Shown: in pieces, positions 9,548 through 17,781 of the stretch
Layout of the letters: every line of letters begins with the position of its first letter
Position numbering within the stretch: the stretch's first letter is position 1
Made by a program: the position numbers and the translations under genes
The notes under the pieces: generated by a model
Told to the model about the DNA's origin: nothing
The model's input: the letters and a program-made list of their open reading frames with translations, nothing else
Database searches by the model: none
NCBI GenBank assembly: GCA_017448685.1
Contig: JAFSKY010000124.1
Coordinates: forward strand, 1 to 50,347
Direction of reading: 5' to 3'
DNA: 50,347 nt
DNA from: Synergistaceae bacterium
GTDB lineage: Bacteria; Synergistota; Synergistia; Synergistales; Aminobacteriaceae

Positions 9548-9979
9548 TTAAATCTCAAGCGTTATGGGATTCTGCGCCGAATGGGGATGTGATGACCCTG
9601 CGTAAACTTTGAGCTTGCTATCATATTTCAGCCTGTTGCGCGGGAGCATTCCTTTTACGACGTGGCGGAATAATTCTGCGGGCTTTGACTTCACGAGGTC
9701 GCCCCATGTCCGAGACTTGTAGCCGCCGGGGTGGCCTGAATGGTAGTGCCATGTCGACTGGGAAGCCTTATGCCCTGTGAGTTTGACTTTATCCGCGTTG
9801 ATGACGATTACATAGTCGCCTGTGTCAACGTGAGGGGTGTATGTGGGCTTGCTTTTGCCCGTGAGTATGCGCGAGATGACCGCCGCGAGCCGTCCTATTG
9901 AGCGGTCTGACGCGTCAATGACGTACCATTTTCTTTCAACCTGGCCGGGCTTGGCCAAGTATGAGCTACTGCCTGTCAT
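9548..9979 (-). CDS. rplM: 50S ribosomal protein L13
   Basis: 143 aa with WYVIDA...GRLA...LTGK..P.YTPH.D.GD.V.VINA. Confidence 0.95.
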   Translation of the reverse strand: MTGSSSYLAKPGQVERKWYVIDASDRSIGRLAAVISRILTGKSKPTYTPHVDTGDYVIVINADKVKLTGHKASQSTWHYHSGHPGGYKSRTWGDLVKSKPAELFRHVVKGMLPRNRLKYDSKLKVYAGSSHPHSAQNPITLEI

Positions 9980-10041
9980 GATGTGTGATTATCCTTCCTG
10001 CAAAGATATTACTGCGGACGGGGGCTTTGTCCGTGTGAACG

Positions 10042-11070
10042 CTATTTTACCCTAATAAGCCGCCTGTTTTCAAGAACGCCCGGAAGCCTTCCCCTTTTGG
10101 CGATTGGTTTCCCGGCAACCTCTTTCAAGTCCATAGTCATATCCATAGGCACAGCATGAGCGATGTAGCTTCCAACTCCGAAAATGTCAGCTCCGGCCTC
10201 AGCAAGCAACTTTATGCGCTCAGGATTGAGTCCCCCTGATACAACGATTTTGACGCGCTCGAAGCCCTCATGATTGAGCCTGTAACGCATTTCACGCACA
10301 AGATCAGGCGTAACTCCTCCCCTTTCGCCGGGAGTGTCAAGCCTCACAGCACCAAGCCTATCACCCATAGCCCTCGCAAGCCTCAAAGCCTCTTCGCATT
10401 CGTCATGGAACGTGTCAACGAGGAACGTACGACCGACTTCCGGGGGCATAACAGCGTCATATGCTTCCGCAAGTTTGAGAGTGTCGCCCATGATGAGAAC
10501 TGCGGCATGAGGGATTGTGCCAGAAGGTTCACGCCCGCAGAGCTTTGCGCCGAGAATGCAGCTTGCCGCCGAACATCCTCCGAATTTCACGGCCATGCTT
10601 TCCATCACGGGAGCTATTGCCGGGTGAAGATGCCTCGCGCCGAATACGAGAACGGGTTTACCGCCAGCCGCCTCGACACATTCACGGGCTGCCGTTGCCC
10701 AAGCACACGAGCTTGACAGGATGCCGAGCAGGTTCGTTTCATGATAGCCGAATGCACCGTAAGGCCCTCTGATTCTCATCACGACTTCTTTCGGGGAAAA
10801 ATACTCACCTTCGGGCAATGCTTCAACAGTTACGGGAGAATCTTTGAGGAGTTCGAGAACCTCGCCGAGTCCCGCGAACATTCCTGTTGTGCGCGTGAAT
10901 ATCTCAGCTGTAACTTCTGTGTCAAGCATATTCACGGAGGCTAATACGTCGCGTGTGTTGATGAAGTATATATCTGTTGTTGCGCCTGATTTGATTTCGT
11001 CATGGGAGGCACTGCGGAGGCGTTCAGGATTGACCTTCAGGGCTGTAACATCTCTGAGGGAATTTAACAC
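10042..11070 (-). CDS. Nicotinate phosphoribosyltransferase-family protein
   Basis: 342 aa with TDIYF near the N-terminus, a type II PRTase-like barrel (GARH.H, GT.PHA, RLDTPGERGG, VSGGL) and a C-terminal GVGS. Confidence 0.65.
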   Translation of the reverse strand: MLNSLRDVTALKVNPERLRSASHDEIKSGATTDIYFINTRDVLASVNMLDTEVTAEIFTRTTGMFAGLGEVLELLKDSPVTVEALPEGEYFSPKEVVMRIRGPYGAFGYHETNLLGILSSSCAWATAARECVEAAGGKPVLVFGARHLHPAIAPVMESMAVKFGGCSAASCILGAKLCGREPSGTIPHAAVLIMGDTLKLAEAYDAVMPPEVGRTFLVDTFHDECEEALRLARAMGDRLGAVRLDTPGERGGVTPDLVREMRYRLNHEGFERVKIVVSGGLNPERIKLLAEAGADIFGVGSYIAHAVPMDMTMDLKEVAGKPIAKRGRLPGVLENRRLIRVK

Positions 11071-11091
11071 TGTGATTTGCTCCTTTGCGTG

Positions 11092-11313
11092 TTAGTTCAG
11101 GAATACGATGAAGAATGAAGTCAGCATGAAGATTACTGAGAGGATGATAGTAGTTTTTGTGAGTCCCGTGAATCTCTGCCACTGGCCTGTATCAGCCTGA
11201 GTTCCTCCGCCGAAAACGCCTGAGAAGCCTCCCTGTTTGCGTTGCTGAATGAGGACAGCGAATATCAGCATGACTGATACGACGATATGAATCACCGACA
11301 AAATTGCGCGCAT
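11092..11313 (-). CDS. secG: Preprotein translocase subunit SecG
   Basis: MRAILSVIHIVVSVMLIFAVLIQQRKQGGFSGVFGGG plus a second TM. I chose ATG 11313 (AGGAGG 11 nt upstream); the ORF-track start at 11322 is TTG. Confidence 0.85.
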   Translation of the reverse strand: MRAILSVIHIVVSVMLIFAVLIQQRKQGGFSGVFGGGTQADTGQWQRFTGLTKTTIILSVIFMLTSFFIVFLN

Positions 11314-11799
11314 GTAAAACAATTCCTCCTGTTTAATGTTATGCGTATGAAAACGTGGTGAACTACTCCGCCTGTAGAGGCTGGAGCTTCCTAATTCAAC
11401 GAGACTGCACCGCGATGTTCTGCCAGCGTCTTACATTCTCTCCAAAGGCGTTAATTTCCTACGTCCCATAGGTATTTGTTTCGTTGAGTGCTTTCTTCCT
11501 TCATAGACGGAGCGTTCTGCTGTCCTAGCGGCTGGCTTGCGGTTTAACGGGCATCTCCAGAAGCGTCAATTTCCTTGCTGACTCAGTGGTATCTTGTTGT
11601 GTTACGCTCTTGTATGTTTCTGCTCTACCCAAATATTTTCTACACGTGCCGCCCCGTATATTTGGTTTACGTGAACATTAATAGAATTATACGACACTTA
11701 AATTAAATTGGCGCAATTCATCTTACACCTAAAGAGATGGGAGTCTTTTTGCGCGTTATGATAAACAATGAGAGGGGAATTTACAAACGTTGAGGCATG

Positions 11800-11830
11800 A
11801 AAAAACCCCGCGAACGAATCACGGGGCTTT
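11800..11830 (-). terminator. Intrinsic terminator after tRNA-Gly
   Basis: The minus strand reads aaagCCCCGtgattcgttcgCGGGGTTTTTTc. Confidence 0.75.
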
Positions 11831-11845
11831 GTTGTCTTCATGATT

Positions 11846-11920
<75 letters not shown>

Positions 11921-11959
11921 AATATGCGTTGCACATCCGCAAAGTTTGACCGTGAAATT

Positions 11960-13735
11960 TTAGCGCAGGATTGATTTTTCCGCAAGCAGGAACACCCCAA
12001 GAATGAACAGGCCAATAACCCCGGCGAATGACTCACAGCCTCCTCTACCGTTGTCAATGTTATTAGGCGTTGGCTCTGGCTCTGGTGTTGGTGTTGGTTC
12101 TGGCTCTGGCTCTGGCTCTGCTGAAGCGGGGTAGAAGTTCCATTGATAGACTGTTGGGTTGTCGGGGGTCTCATAAGTGGTCAGCCTTACACGTAGACGC
12201 TTCATTGTGCTTAGGGGCTGAGGGGTTTCAAGAGTGTATGTGCCTGAAGTGCTATTGCTTGCTGTACCAACGTTATATGAATTTGCCGGATCCAGCTTTC
12301 TATCAGTACGGTAAATTCTGAAGTTGAAATCAGTCCTGTATGAAGGCGTTATTGCTGTTGATGTGTCAGAGGACGTAACAATCTTGTAATTCAGTGCCGT
12401 GATATATCCATCCTTGCTGACAATCTCAACATACGGTACTCCAGAGGCAAGCTGCTGTGTCGTGGTCTTGAAGTTTTTGATTACCCCGCTGCCGTTCATG
12501 TTGAGTTCTGTCGGGAATGTCCATGTTAAAGTTTTGCCGGGAAGACTCGCCTCTGCCCCTTCAGCAAACTCTAAGTATTCTCCGTTACTGTCAGCAGCTT
12601 CATATTCCAAGTAAGTATCACCGATATTTGCGCCACGATATATCTTCAGCGGAAATGTCCTGTCAGTGCCTGCTGCCACATCCGAGATAACCGCGCCAGT
12701 ATCAGAATATTTCAGCGTATACCCGCCTCCGGGAACAACAATTTGTCCTTCGCTCGTGAAATGTCTGTTTTCGACTTGTACAGTGTTTTCGGTCTCCACA
12801 TCGAAGAATATATCTGAGAATTTCGCGGTGCTATAGTCGGATTTTCCGTTCACGAGTGAGGCATTTGACGCATGATGATTCCAGAGATACAGCTTAGGCT
12901 CTGTAGCTTTGCAGTAATCCCAGTAATGACACTTGCCTATTTCACCAGCGGCTTCATCATCATACGTGTAAAACTTTGTCCTCACGCGCCATATGTCCGA
13001 TTCCTTTATGGGGCTGTCGAATGTCAGAGTACCTTCCAGAGTCTGCCCCGCTTCCATGTAAAAATCCGGTCTGAGGTTGACTATTCTTTCCTCGTCAAAA
13101 TTCCATATCCTGAGCCTAATAAAATTCACAGGATAGCTCAGAGTTAATGCTGTTGATGTGTCAGACGCTTTCACCACACGCCAGTTTATTCCCGTTACGT
13201 TTTCTCCTGAGCGTATGAACTCGAAATACACAACGTAATTTTCAAGCTGTTGCGCTGTTGTCAGGAAACTCGGTAATGTGCATGACCCGTTAAGCGAGGT
13301 CATCGTGGGAAAATTCCAGCTCATTGTTACTCCGTTAAGCCCGCTGTCAGCTTCAACCCCTAAGCGAAGATTTCCGCCCGCGTCTGTGAAAGGATAAAAT
13401 TCAGCGTTATCCCCTAATCCCGCCGAAGTCGGTAGCCTGAGTCCGAACGTCTTTTGAGTCCCTGATACTTTCTCAAGCTCTGTACCGTTCCAGAATGAAT
13501 ATCTGCCTCCTGAGATTGTAAGGTTGCCCGTGAGATTCATATTCTCCGCTGTAACTGTCAGCCCTGTGTCCTTAACTGCCAAAAGCATATGGCTGAAACG
13601 AGCGTCAGAATAATCCGCTTTGCCGTCCTTCAGAGTTGCCAGCGAATAATGCTCAGGCTCTAACCTCACTCCAGCAAACGCACACCCCGCCGCCAGCATA
13701 ACCAGCAGCATACACGCCAACAATTTTTTGACCAT
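11960..13735 (-). CDS. Secreted two-fold-repeat surface protein with a PE/PT linker and a Synergist-CTERM-like sorting signal
   Basis: I chose ATG 13735 (AAAGGAG upstream), giving MVKKLLACMLLVMLAAGCAFA. There are two homologous ~270-aa halves (LKDGKADYSDARFS vs LVNGKSDYSTAKFS; TTAQQLENYV vs TTTQQLASGV). The C-terminus reads EPEPEPEPTPTPEPEPTP...GRGGCESFAGVIGLFILGVFLLAEKSILR. Confidence 0.8.
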   Translation of the reverse strand: MVKKLLACMLLVMLAAGCAFAGVRLEPEHYSLATLKDGKADYSDARFSHMLLAVKDTGLTVTAENMNLTGNLTISGGRYSFWNGTELEKVSGTQKTFGLRLPTSAGLGDNAEFYPFTDAGGNLRLGVEADSGLNGVTMSWNFPTMTSLNGSCTLPSFLTTAQQLENYVVYFEFIRSGENVTGINWRVVKASDTSTALTLSYPVNFIRLRIWNFDEERIVNLRPDFYMEAGQTLEGTLTFDSPIKESDIWRVRTKFYTYDDEAAGEIGKCHYWDYCKATEPKLYLWNHHASNASLVNGKSDYSTAKFSDIFFDVETENTVQVENRHFTSEGQIVVPGGGYTLKYSDTGAVISDVAAGTDRTFPLKIYRGANIGDTYLEYEAADSNGEYLEFAEGAEASLPGKTLTWTFPTELNMNGSGVIKNFKTTTQQLASGVPYVEIVSKDGYITALNYKIVTSSDTSTAITPSYRTDFNFRIYRTDRKLDPANSYNVGTASNSTSGTYTLETPQPLSTMKRLRVRLTTYETPDNPTVYQWNFYPASAEPEPEPEPTPTPEPEPTPNNIDNGRGGCESFAGVIGLFILGVFLLAEKSILR

Positions 13736-13761
13736 AATAACCGCGTCTCCTTTCAGACACA

Positions 13762-13806
13762 AAAAAATCGCCCCCGCATTCAGGAATAACTCCCAAACAC
13801 GGGGAC
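13762..13806 (-). terminator. Terminator/attenuator hairpin about 28 nt upstream of the surface-protein start codon
   Basis: The minus strand reads tCCCCGtgtttgggagttattcctgaatgCGGGGGcgaTTTTTTTg, followed by the RBS. Confidence 0.55.
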
Positions 13807-13856
13807 GTTGGTCTCATTCTTCAACGTTTCAGCATATTTCAGGCCATAATCATAGC

Positions 13857-13891
13857 GTGGTTCGTGGTTCGTGGTTCGTGGTTCGTGGTTC
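13857..13891. repeat. Heptanucleotide tandem repeat (GTGGTTC)x5
   Basis: Five perfect copies. On the minus strand the context is TATAAT-c-(GAACCAC)5-gcTATGAT. Confidence 0.95.
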
Positions 13892-14009
13892 GATTATAGC
13901 CGCCGAATTGCACCTTGTCTACACTCCTTCTGCTGAAATTTGAGAGATTATATCACGAAATTTTCTCCAATGAGTCCGCAAGCCCCGCAAGATATTTCCG
14001 CAAGCATAT

Positions 14010-14984
14010 TCATGTGTGAGAGTGAATGTGCGTTTTGCTGCCTATGTAGTGATTATGAGGGTGAGAATGCTTCAGGGTTATCCCGCCGAATGTGTGTACA
14101 TGTTCATGCTCATGCGTCAGAATCAGCGTGTCCATCACAACAAGCACAGTCCCCGCAATCATCACCGCCAGCGCAACGACATATGCTCCCGAAATACTCT
14201 CACGCAGCATCACGAACGATAGCAATACTCCGATGAACGGAGCCGCCGAATAATACGCACTCGTCCTCGCCGCGCCGATAGTGTTTTGCGCCCTCACGTA
14301 GAAGAATATGCTCAACCCATACGCCACAAACCCCAGCAACATAGCGCACACCGCCTCAGTCAGTCCCGGTAGCCTCTCACCGCAAATCACCGCCACGACC
14401 GCCGACCCAGTCCCCGAAAATATACCCTTTAGCGCAACAATCTGGTACGTACTCTTTGAGGCTATCATCCTCGTGCAGTTGTTCTCCAGTCCCCAGCAAG
14501 TTGCTGCCAGTAACACCAAGACTGACCCCCACGAGAATCTCAGGCTATCAGCTCCCTCGAACGTAAGAATGATTCCCGAAAGTGTTATCAGCGACATTGC
14601 CAGCCATAACCTACGAGAAACTTTTTCCCCGAAGGCAAATACAGCAATTACTGTTGTTGCGACAATCTCGAAATTCCCAAGCAACGAGGCATTCGATGAC
14701 GTACCAAGCTCGATGCCCTTCATCAGGAAAATCGGGGCGGCTATGTCTAACACAATCATTCCCACAACGAACGGAAAATCACGCCTCGACAAGGAATTTT
14801 CCCTACCGGAACGCCTCATTAGTGATGTCGCTGATATTCCTACACCCGCGCCAAGATACAGCAACGAGGCCATGAACACAGGAGATATGCTCCTCATGAG
14901 AATCTTTGAGGCCGGGACGTTCACCGCGTAGAACACAGCCGCCATTAGTGCGAGGATTATCGCCGTGATTTTCGGGGGCATCAT
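14010..14984 (-). CDS. EamA/DMT-family transporter with a His-rich C-terminal tail
   Basis: ~10 TM segments and two EamA-like halves. The tail reads LTHEHEHVHTFGGITLKHSHPHNHYIGSKTHIHSHT. Confidence 0.7.
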   Translation of the reverse strand: MMPPKITAIILALMAAVFYAVNVPASKILMRSISPVFMASLLYLGAGVGISATSLMRRSGRENSLSRRDFPFVVGMIVLDIAAPIFLMKGIELGTSSNASLLGNFEIVATTVIAVFAFGEKVSRRLWLAMSLITLSGIILTFEGADSLRFSWGSVLVLLAATCWGLENNCTRMIASKSTYQIVALKGIFSGTGSAVVAVICGERLPGLTEAVCAMLLGFVAYGLSIFFYVRAQNTIGAARTSAYYSAAPFIGVLLSFVMLRESISGAYVVALAVMIAGTVLVVMDTLILTHEHEHVHTFGGITLKHSHPHNHYIGSKTHIHSHT

Positions 14985-14987
14985 CGC

Positions 14988-15791
14988 TCAAATTCTGCTC
15001 AGAGAACCCGCGAGGCCGTCAAGATATTTCCCAGCGTCAGACTCCTCAATCCGTCCCGAGTCACACAGCTCAGCAAGCCCAGGCATAATCGGAATCTCTG
15101 ACGTTATCGCCAAATCTGACTCAGCCTTCCCGAAAATGTAGTGCCTTTTCCCGCAATCAGGACACTCAAAATACGCCATATTCAGCGCAATCCCCAACAC
15201 AGGAATGTTCATGATTTCGGCCATGTTCACAGCCTTGCGCACAATCATGTTCACCAACTCTTGCGGTGTTGCAACGATTATTATCCCTTTGAGCGGCAAT
15301 GACTGGTACACCGTCAAAGGAACATCGCCAGTCCCGGGAGGCATATCCGCAAACATGTAATCGACTTTCCCCCATTCGACTTCCTCCCAGAACTGTTGAA
15401 GCACTCCACCCAGCACAGGACCGCGCCATACTACCGGCTGTGTTTCATCTGGCAGACACAAATTCATGGATACAATCTTCGTTCCGTTCTTGCTGACTGC
15501 TGGCTGTATGTAATGCCCATCCGAAAGAAGTGAGCCATGAATCCCAAACATCTTGGGGATTGAAGGCCCGGTAATGTCCGCGTCAAGTATGGCAGTCTTG
15601 AAGCCTCGCCGAGTCATTTCGCAGGCAAGTAGCCCTGTAACGAGGGATTTCCCGACTCCGCCTTTACCGCTTGCTATGCCGATTACGTTCTTGATGTTGC
15701 TGGCGGGGTTGTTCGCGAACATTAGAGACTCTGCTGTGCGCTCTGAGCATGAAGATCCGCAGTGTTCGCAGTCGTGGTTGCATCCAGACAT
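14988..15791 (-). CDS. Mrp/NBP35 (ApbC)-family ATP-binding Fe-S cluster carrier
   Basis: N-terminal Cys cluster CNHDCEHCGSSC, Walker A SGKGGVGKS, and CPDCG. Confidence 0.85.
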   Translation of the reverse strand: MSGCNHDCEHCGSSCSERTAESLMFANNPASNIKNVIGIASGKGGVGKSLVTGLLACEMTRRGFKTAILDADITGPSIPKMFGIHGSLLSDGHYIQPAVSKNGTKIVSMNLCLPDETQPVVWRGPVLGGVLQQFWEEVEWGKVDYMFADMPPGTGDVPLTVYQSLPLKGIIIVATPQELVNMIVRKAVNMAEIMNIPVLGIALNMAYFECPDCGKRHYIFGKAESDLAITSEIPIMPGLAELCDSGRIEESDAGKYLDGLAGSLSRI

Positions 15792-15843
15792 GATTATTCC
15801 TCCTTATGTATTTGTGTTACTGCTGGTAACTGGAATGTTCTGC

Positions 15844-16167
15844 TTATTCAGCCGCTGGGTTAGCATCGAGCCTACCCTGAAGAAATAATCTCACTGCCTC
15901 GTCAGGACTGCCTGAGACACCTTCGCAGAGCCTTATTCCTTTTCTCTTGAACTCGTCCCGTAAATTTTCTGGAACTTCCCAGCATATCAGCACGCTAACT
16001 CCCTCACTTTCGAGGAAACCAGCCCAATCAGTGCGCCACTTCCTTAATGGGGTGGTTGTCGAGGCATATATGAGTTTCTTGTTCCTGAAATCATAAATCC
16101 TTACGTCCCCAGTCCGCATGAATTTCTTGGCTATGCTACCTTGATCGTAATCCACAGCAATTTTCAT
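15844..16167 (-). CDS. NifX/NifB-type dinitrogenase FeMo-cofactor-biosynthesis-domain protein
   Basis: 107 aa with the size and pattern of this domain, at the usual position upstream of an Mrp-like ATPase in anaerobes. Confidence 0.55.
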   Translation of the reverse strand: MKIAVDYDQGSIAKKFMRTGDVRIYDFRNKKLIYASTTTPLRKWRTDWAGFLESEGVSVLICWEVPENLRDEFKRKGIRLCEGVSGSPDEAVRLFLQGRLDANPAAE

Positions 16168-16173
16168 GTATTG

Positions 16174-16932
16174 TTATTCCCCCTTCTTGTCATATTCTAT
16201 CAGCGATGACAACGCTTTAACCGCAACTCGTATTCCCCGCTCTGTGTCGAAATTGTCAGGGTCAATCAATCCTGCTGCTTCACGCTCCTGATTCCATATC
16301 ACATTGAGGACACTCCCACATTTAACGCCCAATGATGACGCAACGACAAAGAGAGTCGCCGATTCCATTTCGCTGGCCAAGACTCCGAGACGTTTCCATG
16401 CGTCCCACTTGCGGAGAAGCTCATCATGCACGGGCATTCTTTGCGGGGCATGTTGTCCGTAAAATGAGTCCTTGCATTGTACGATCCCTGCGTGCCAACG
16501 TTCTCCGAGATCTTTTGCGGCGTTGACGAGGGCATTCACGACTCCGAAATCAGCCGAGGCGGGGAACTCTATCGGGGCATATTCGCGCCCAGTGCCGTCA
16601 AGCCTTATTGCGCTCGTGGCTATCACTATGTCTGAGCTTCTCACTTTCATGTTGATTCCTCCGCATGTGCCTACGCGTATGAACGTCTTAACGCCTGTTG
16701 CGGATAACTCCTCCATTGCTATAGCTGCTGAGGGGCCGCCTATGCCTGTTGAGGTTGTGAGCACACGCTCACCGTTGAGAGTCCCTGCCCATGTGGTGAA
16801 CTCGCGATTGTCCGCGACAAATTGAGGGTTCTCGAAATGTTGCGCGATTTTCTCACAGCGCTTAGGGTCGCCGGGAAGTATGCAGTATTTCGCTGACTGT
16901 GATTCGTCAATTGCTATGTGAAACTGTTTCAT
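16174..16932 (-). CDS. udp: Uridine phosphorylase
   Basis: Motifs [41 protein letters not shown] and [10 protein letters not shown] chose ATG 16932 (GGAGG upstream). The track ORF extends spuriously to 17187. Confidence 0.85.
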   Translation of the reverse strand: MKQFHIAIDESQSAKYCILPGDPKRCEKIAQHFENPQFVADNREFTTWAGTLNGERVLTTSTGIGGPSAAIAMEELSATGVKTFIRVGTCGGINMKVRSSDIVIATSAIRLDGTGREYAPIEFPASADFGVVNALVNAAKDLGERWHAGIVQCKDSFYGQHAPQRMPVHDELLRKWDAWKRLGVLASEMESATLFVVASSLGVKCGSVLNVIWNQEREAAGLIDPDNFDTERGIRVAVKALSSLIEYDKKGE

Positions 16933-17083
16933 GTTGAAGCCTCCTGTATTCTGGTGATAGTGTGAGTATACTCCCGATTTATCACATAAAATACAACAGA
17001 AGAAGCAATATTGTTGCGACAAAAAAAATCTCCTACACCCTTCTTGGGCATAAGAGATTTCGTAGTGTTCATGCTTAGTGCTG

Positions 17084-17701
17084 TTACTTCGTGCGAGTTT
17101 TCCGGCGTTTTGTCTCATATTGTTGCAACATGTCGGAAAGCCTGCTGTCAGTCTCAGTATTGCCTTCAAAGCGCGGAGATTGTTCATCTTTCCTCATGCT
17201 AAGGTCTTCGGATAAGACTGTGTTTTGCGAGACATAAGACTTGAAGATAGTACCTGCCTCGACAACCGCGTTCGTCCCCCTGAAGAATATAGCCAGCGGT
17301 GAAACAAGAAGCGCACCTGCCACAACTGCCCCTGTGCTGTTACTGCCATCACTTTCCTTGCTTGCCGTGAGCGGAATAACTTTCCCGTTATAGGCCTCAA
17401 CAGAGTCAACAGTGAAGGCTAATTCTCCGCCAGTGCCGAATAACCCCGCCTGAGATGCTTTCGTTACAGTGGCATAAGCAAACGCACCCTGCTCAATCAC
17501 CGTAAAACCATCCTCATTCTTCACGGCTCTCTCTACAATTAACTGTATCGTCTGGCCTCTGGAAATCTTATTTGACTTTATCCGTTCCATGACCTTAACC
17601 AGAACTTCAGTTCCTCTCTTCACAGAAATATCTTGCGCAAAGGATACAGCGGGTACAAGAATAACCAGCAACAAAGCAGGCAACAGCAGACACCTTTTCA
17701 C
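17084..17701 (-). CDS. Secreted hypothetical protein
   Basis: Signal peptide [24 protein letters not shown] recognise no family. Confidence 0.6.
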   Translation of the reverse strand: MKRCLLLPALLLVILVPAVSFAQDISVKRGTEVLVKVMERIKSNKISRGQTIQLIVERAVKNEDGFTVIEQGAFAYATVTKASQAGLFGTGGELAFTVDSVEAYNGKVIPLTASKESDGSNSTGAVVAGALLVSPLAIFFRGTNAVVEAGTIFKSYVSQNTVLSEDLSMRKDEQSPRFEGNTETDSRLSDMLQQYETKRRKTRTK

Positions 17702-17781
17702 AGGATAACAGCTCCTCTTTCTGAATTTATTGTGAGATAGCGATATTATATCAAGCGTAAAATATTTATCGTACTAGCAGG

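Noticed and set aside
11323-11799. tmRNA, RNase P RNA, SRP RNA, or a TPP/cobalamin riboswitch in the secG upstream gap
   Set aside because: I checked by eye. There is no tRNA-like 3' end (GGTTCGA...CCACCA) and no Ala-rich tag reading frame. GAGGAAAGTCC and the other RNase P blocks are absent. The GAAGGAAG 8-mer does not sit in an SRP helix-8 context. The riboswitch cores are missing. I kept it only as an unassigned candidate RNA.
16933-17187. N-terminal 85-aa extension of the udp ORF
   Set aside because: The extension overlaps the upstream secreted-protein gene and has an odd composition. A GGAGG + ATG at 16932 gives a canonical Udp N-terminus.
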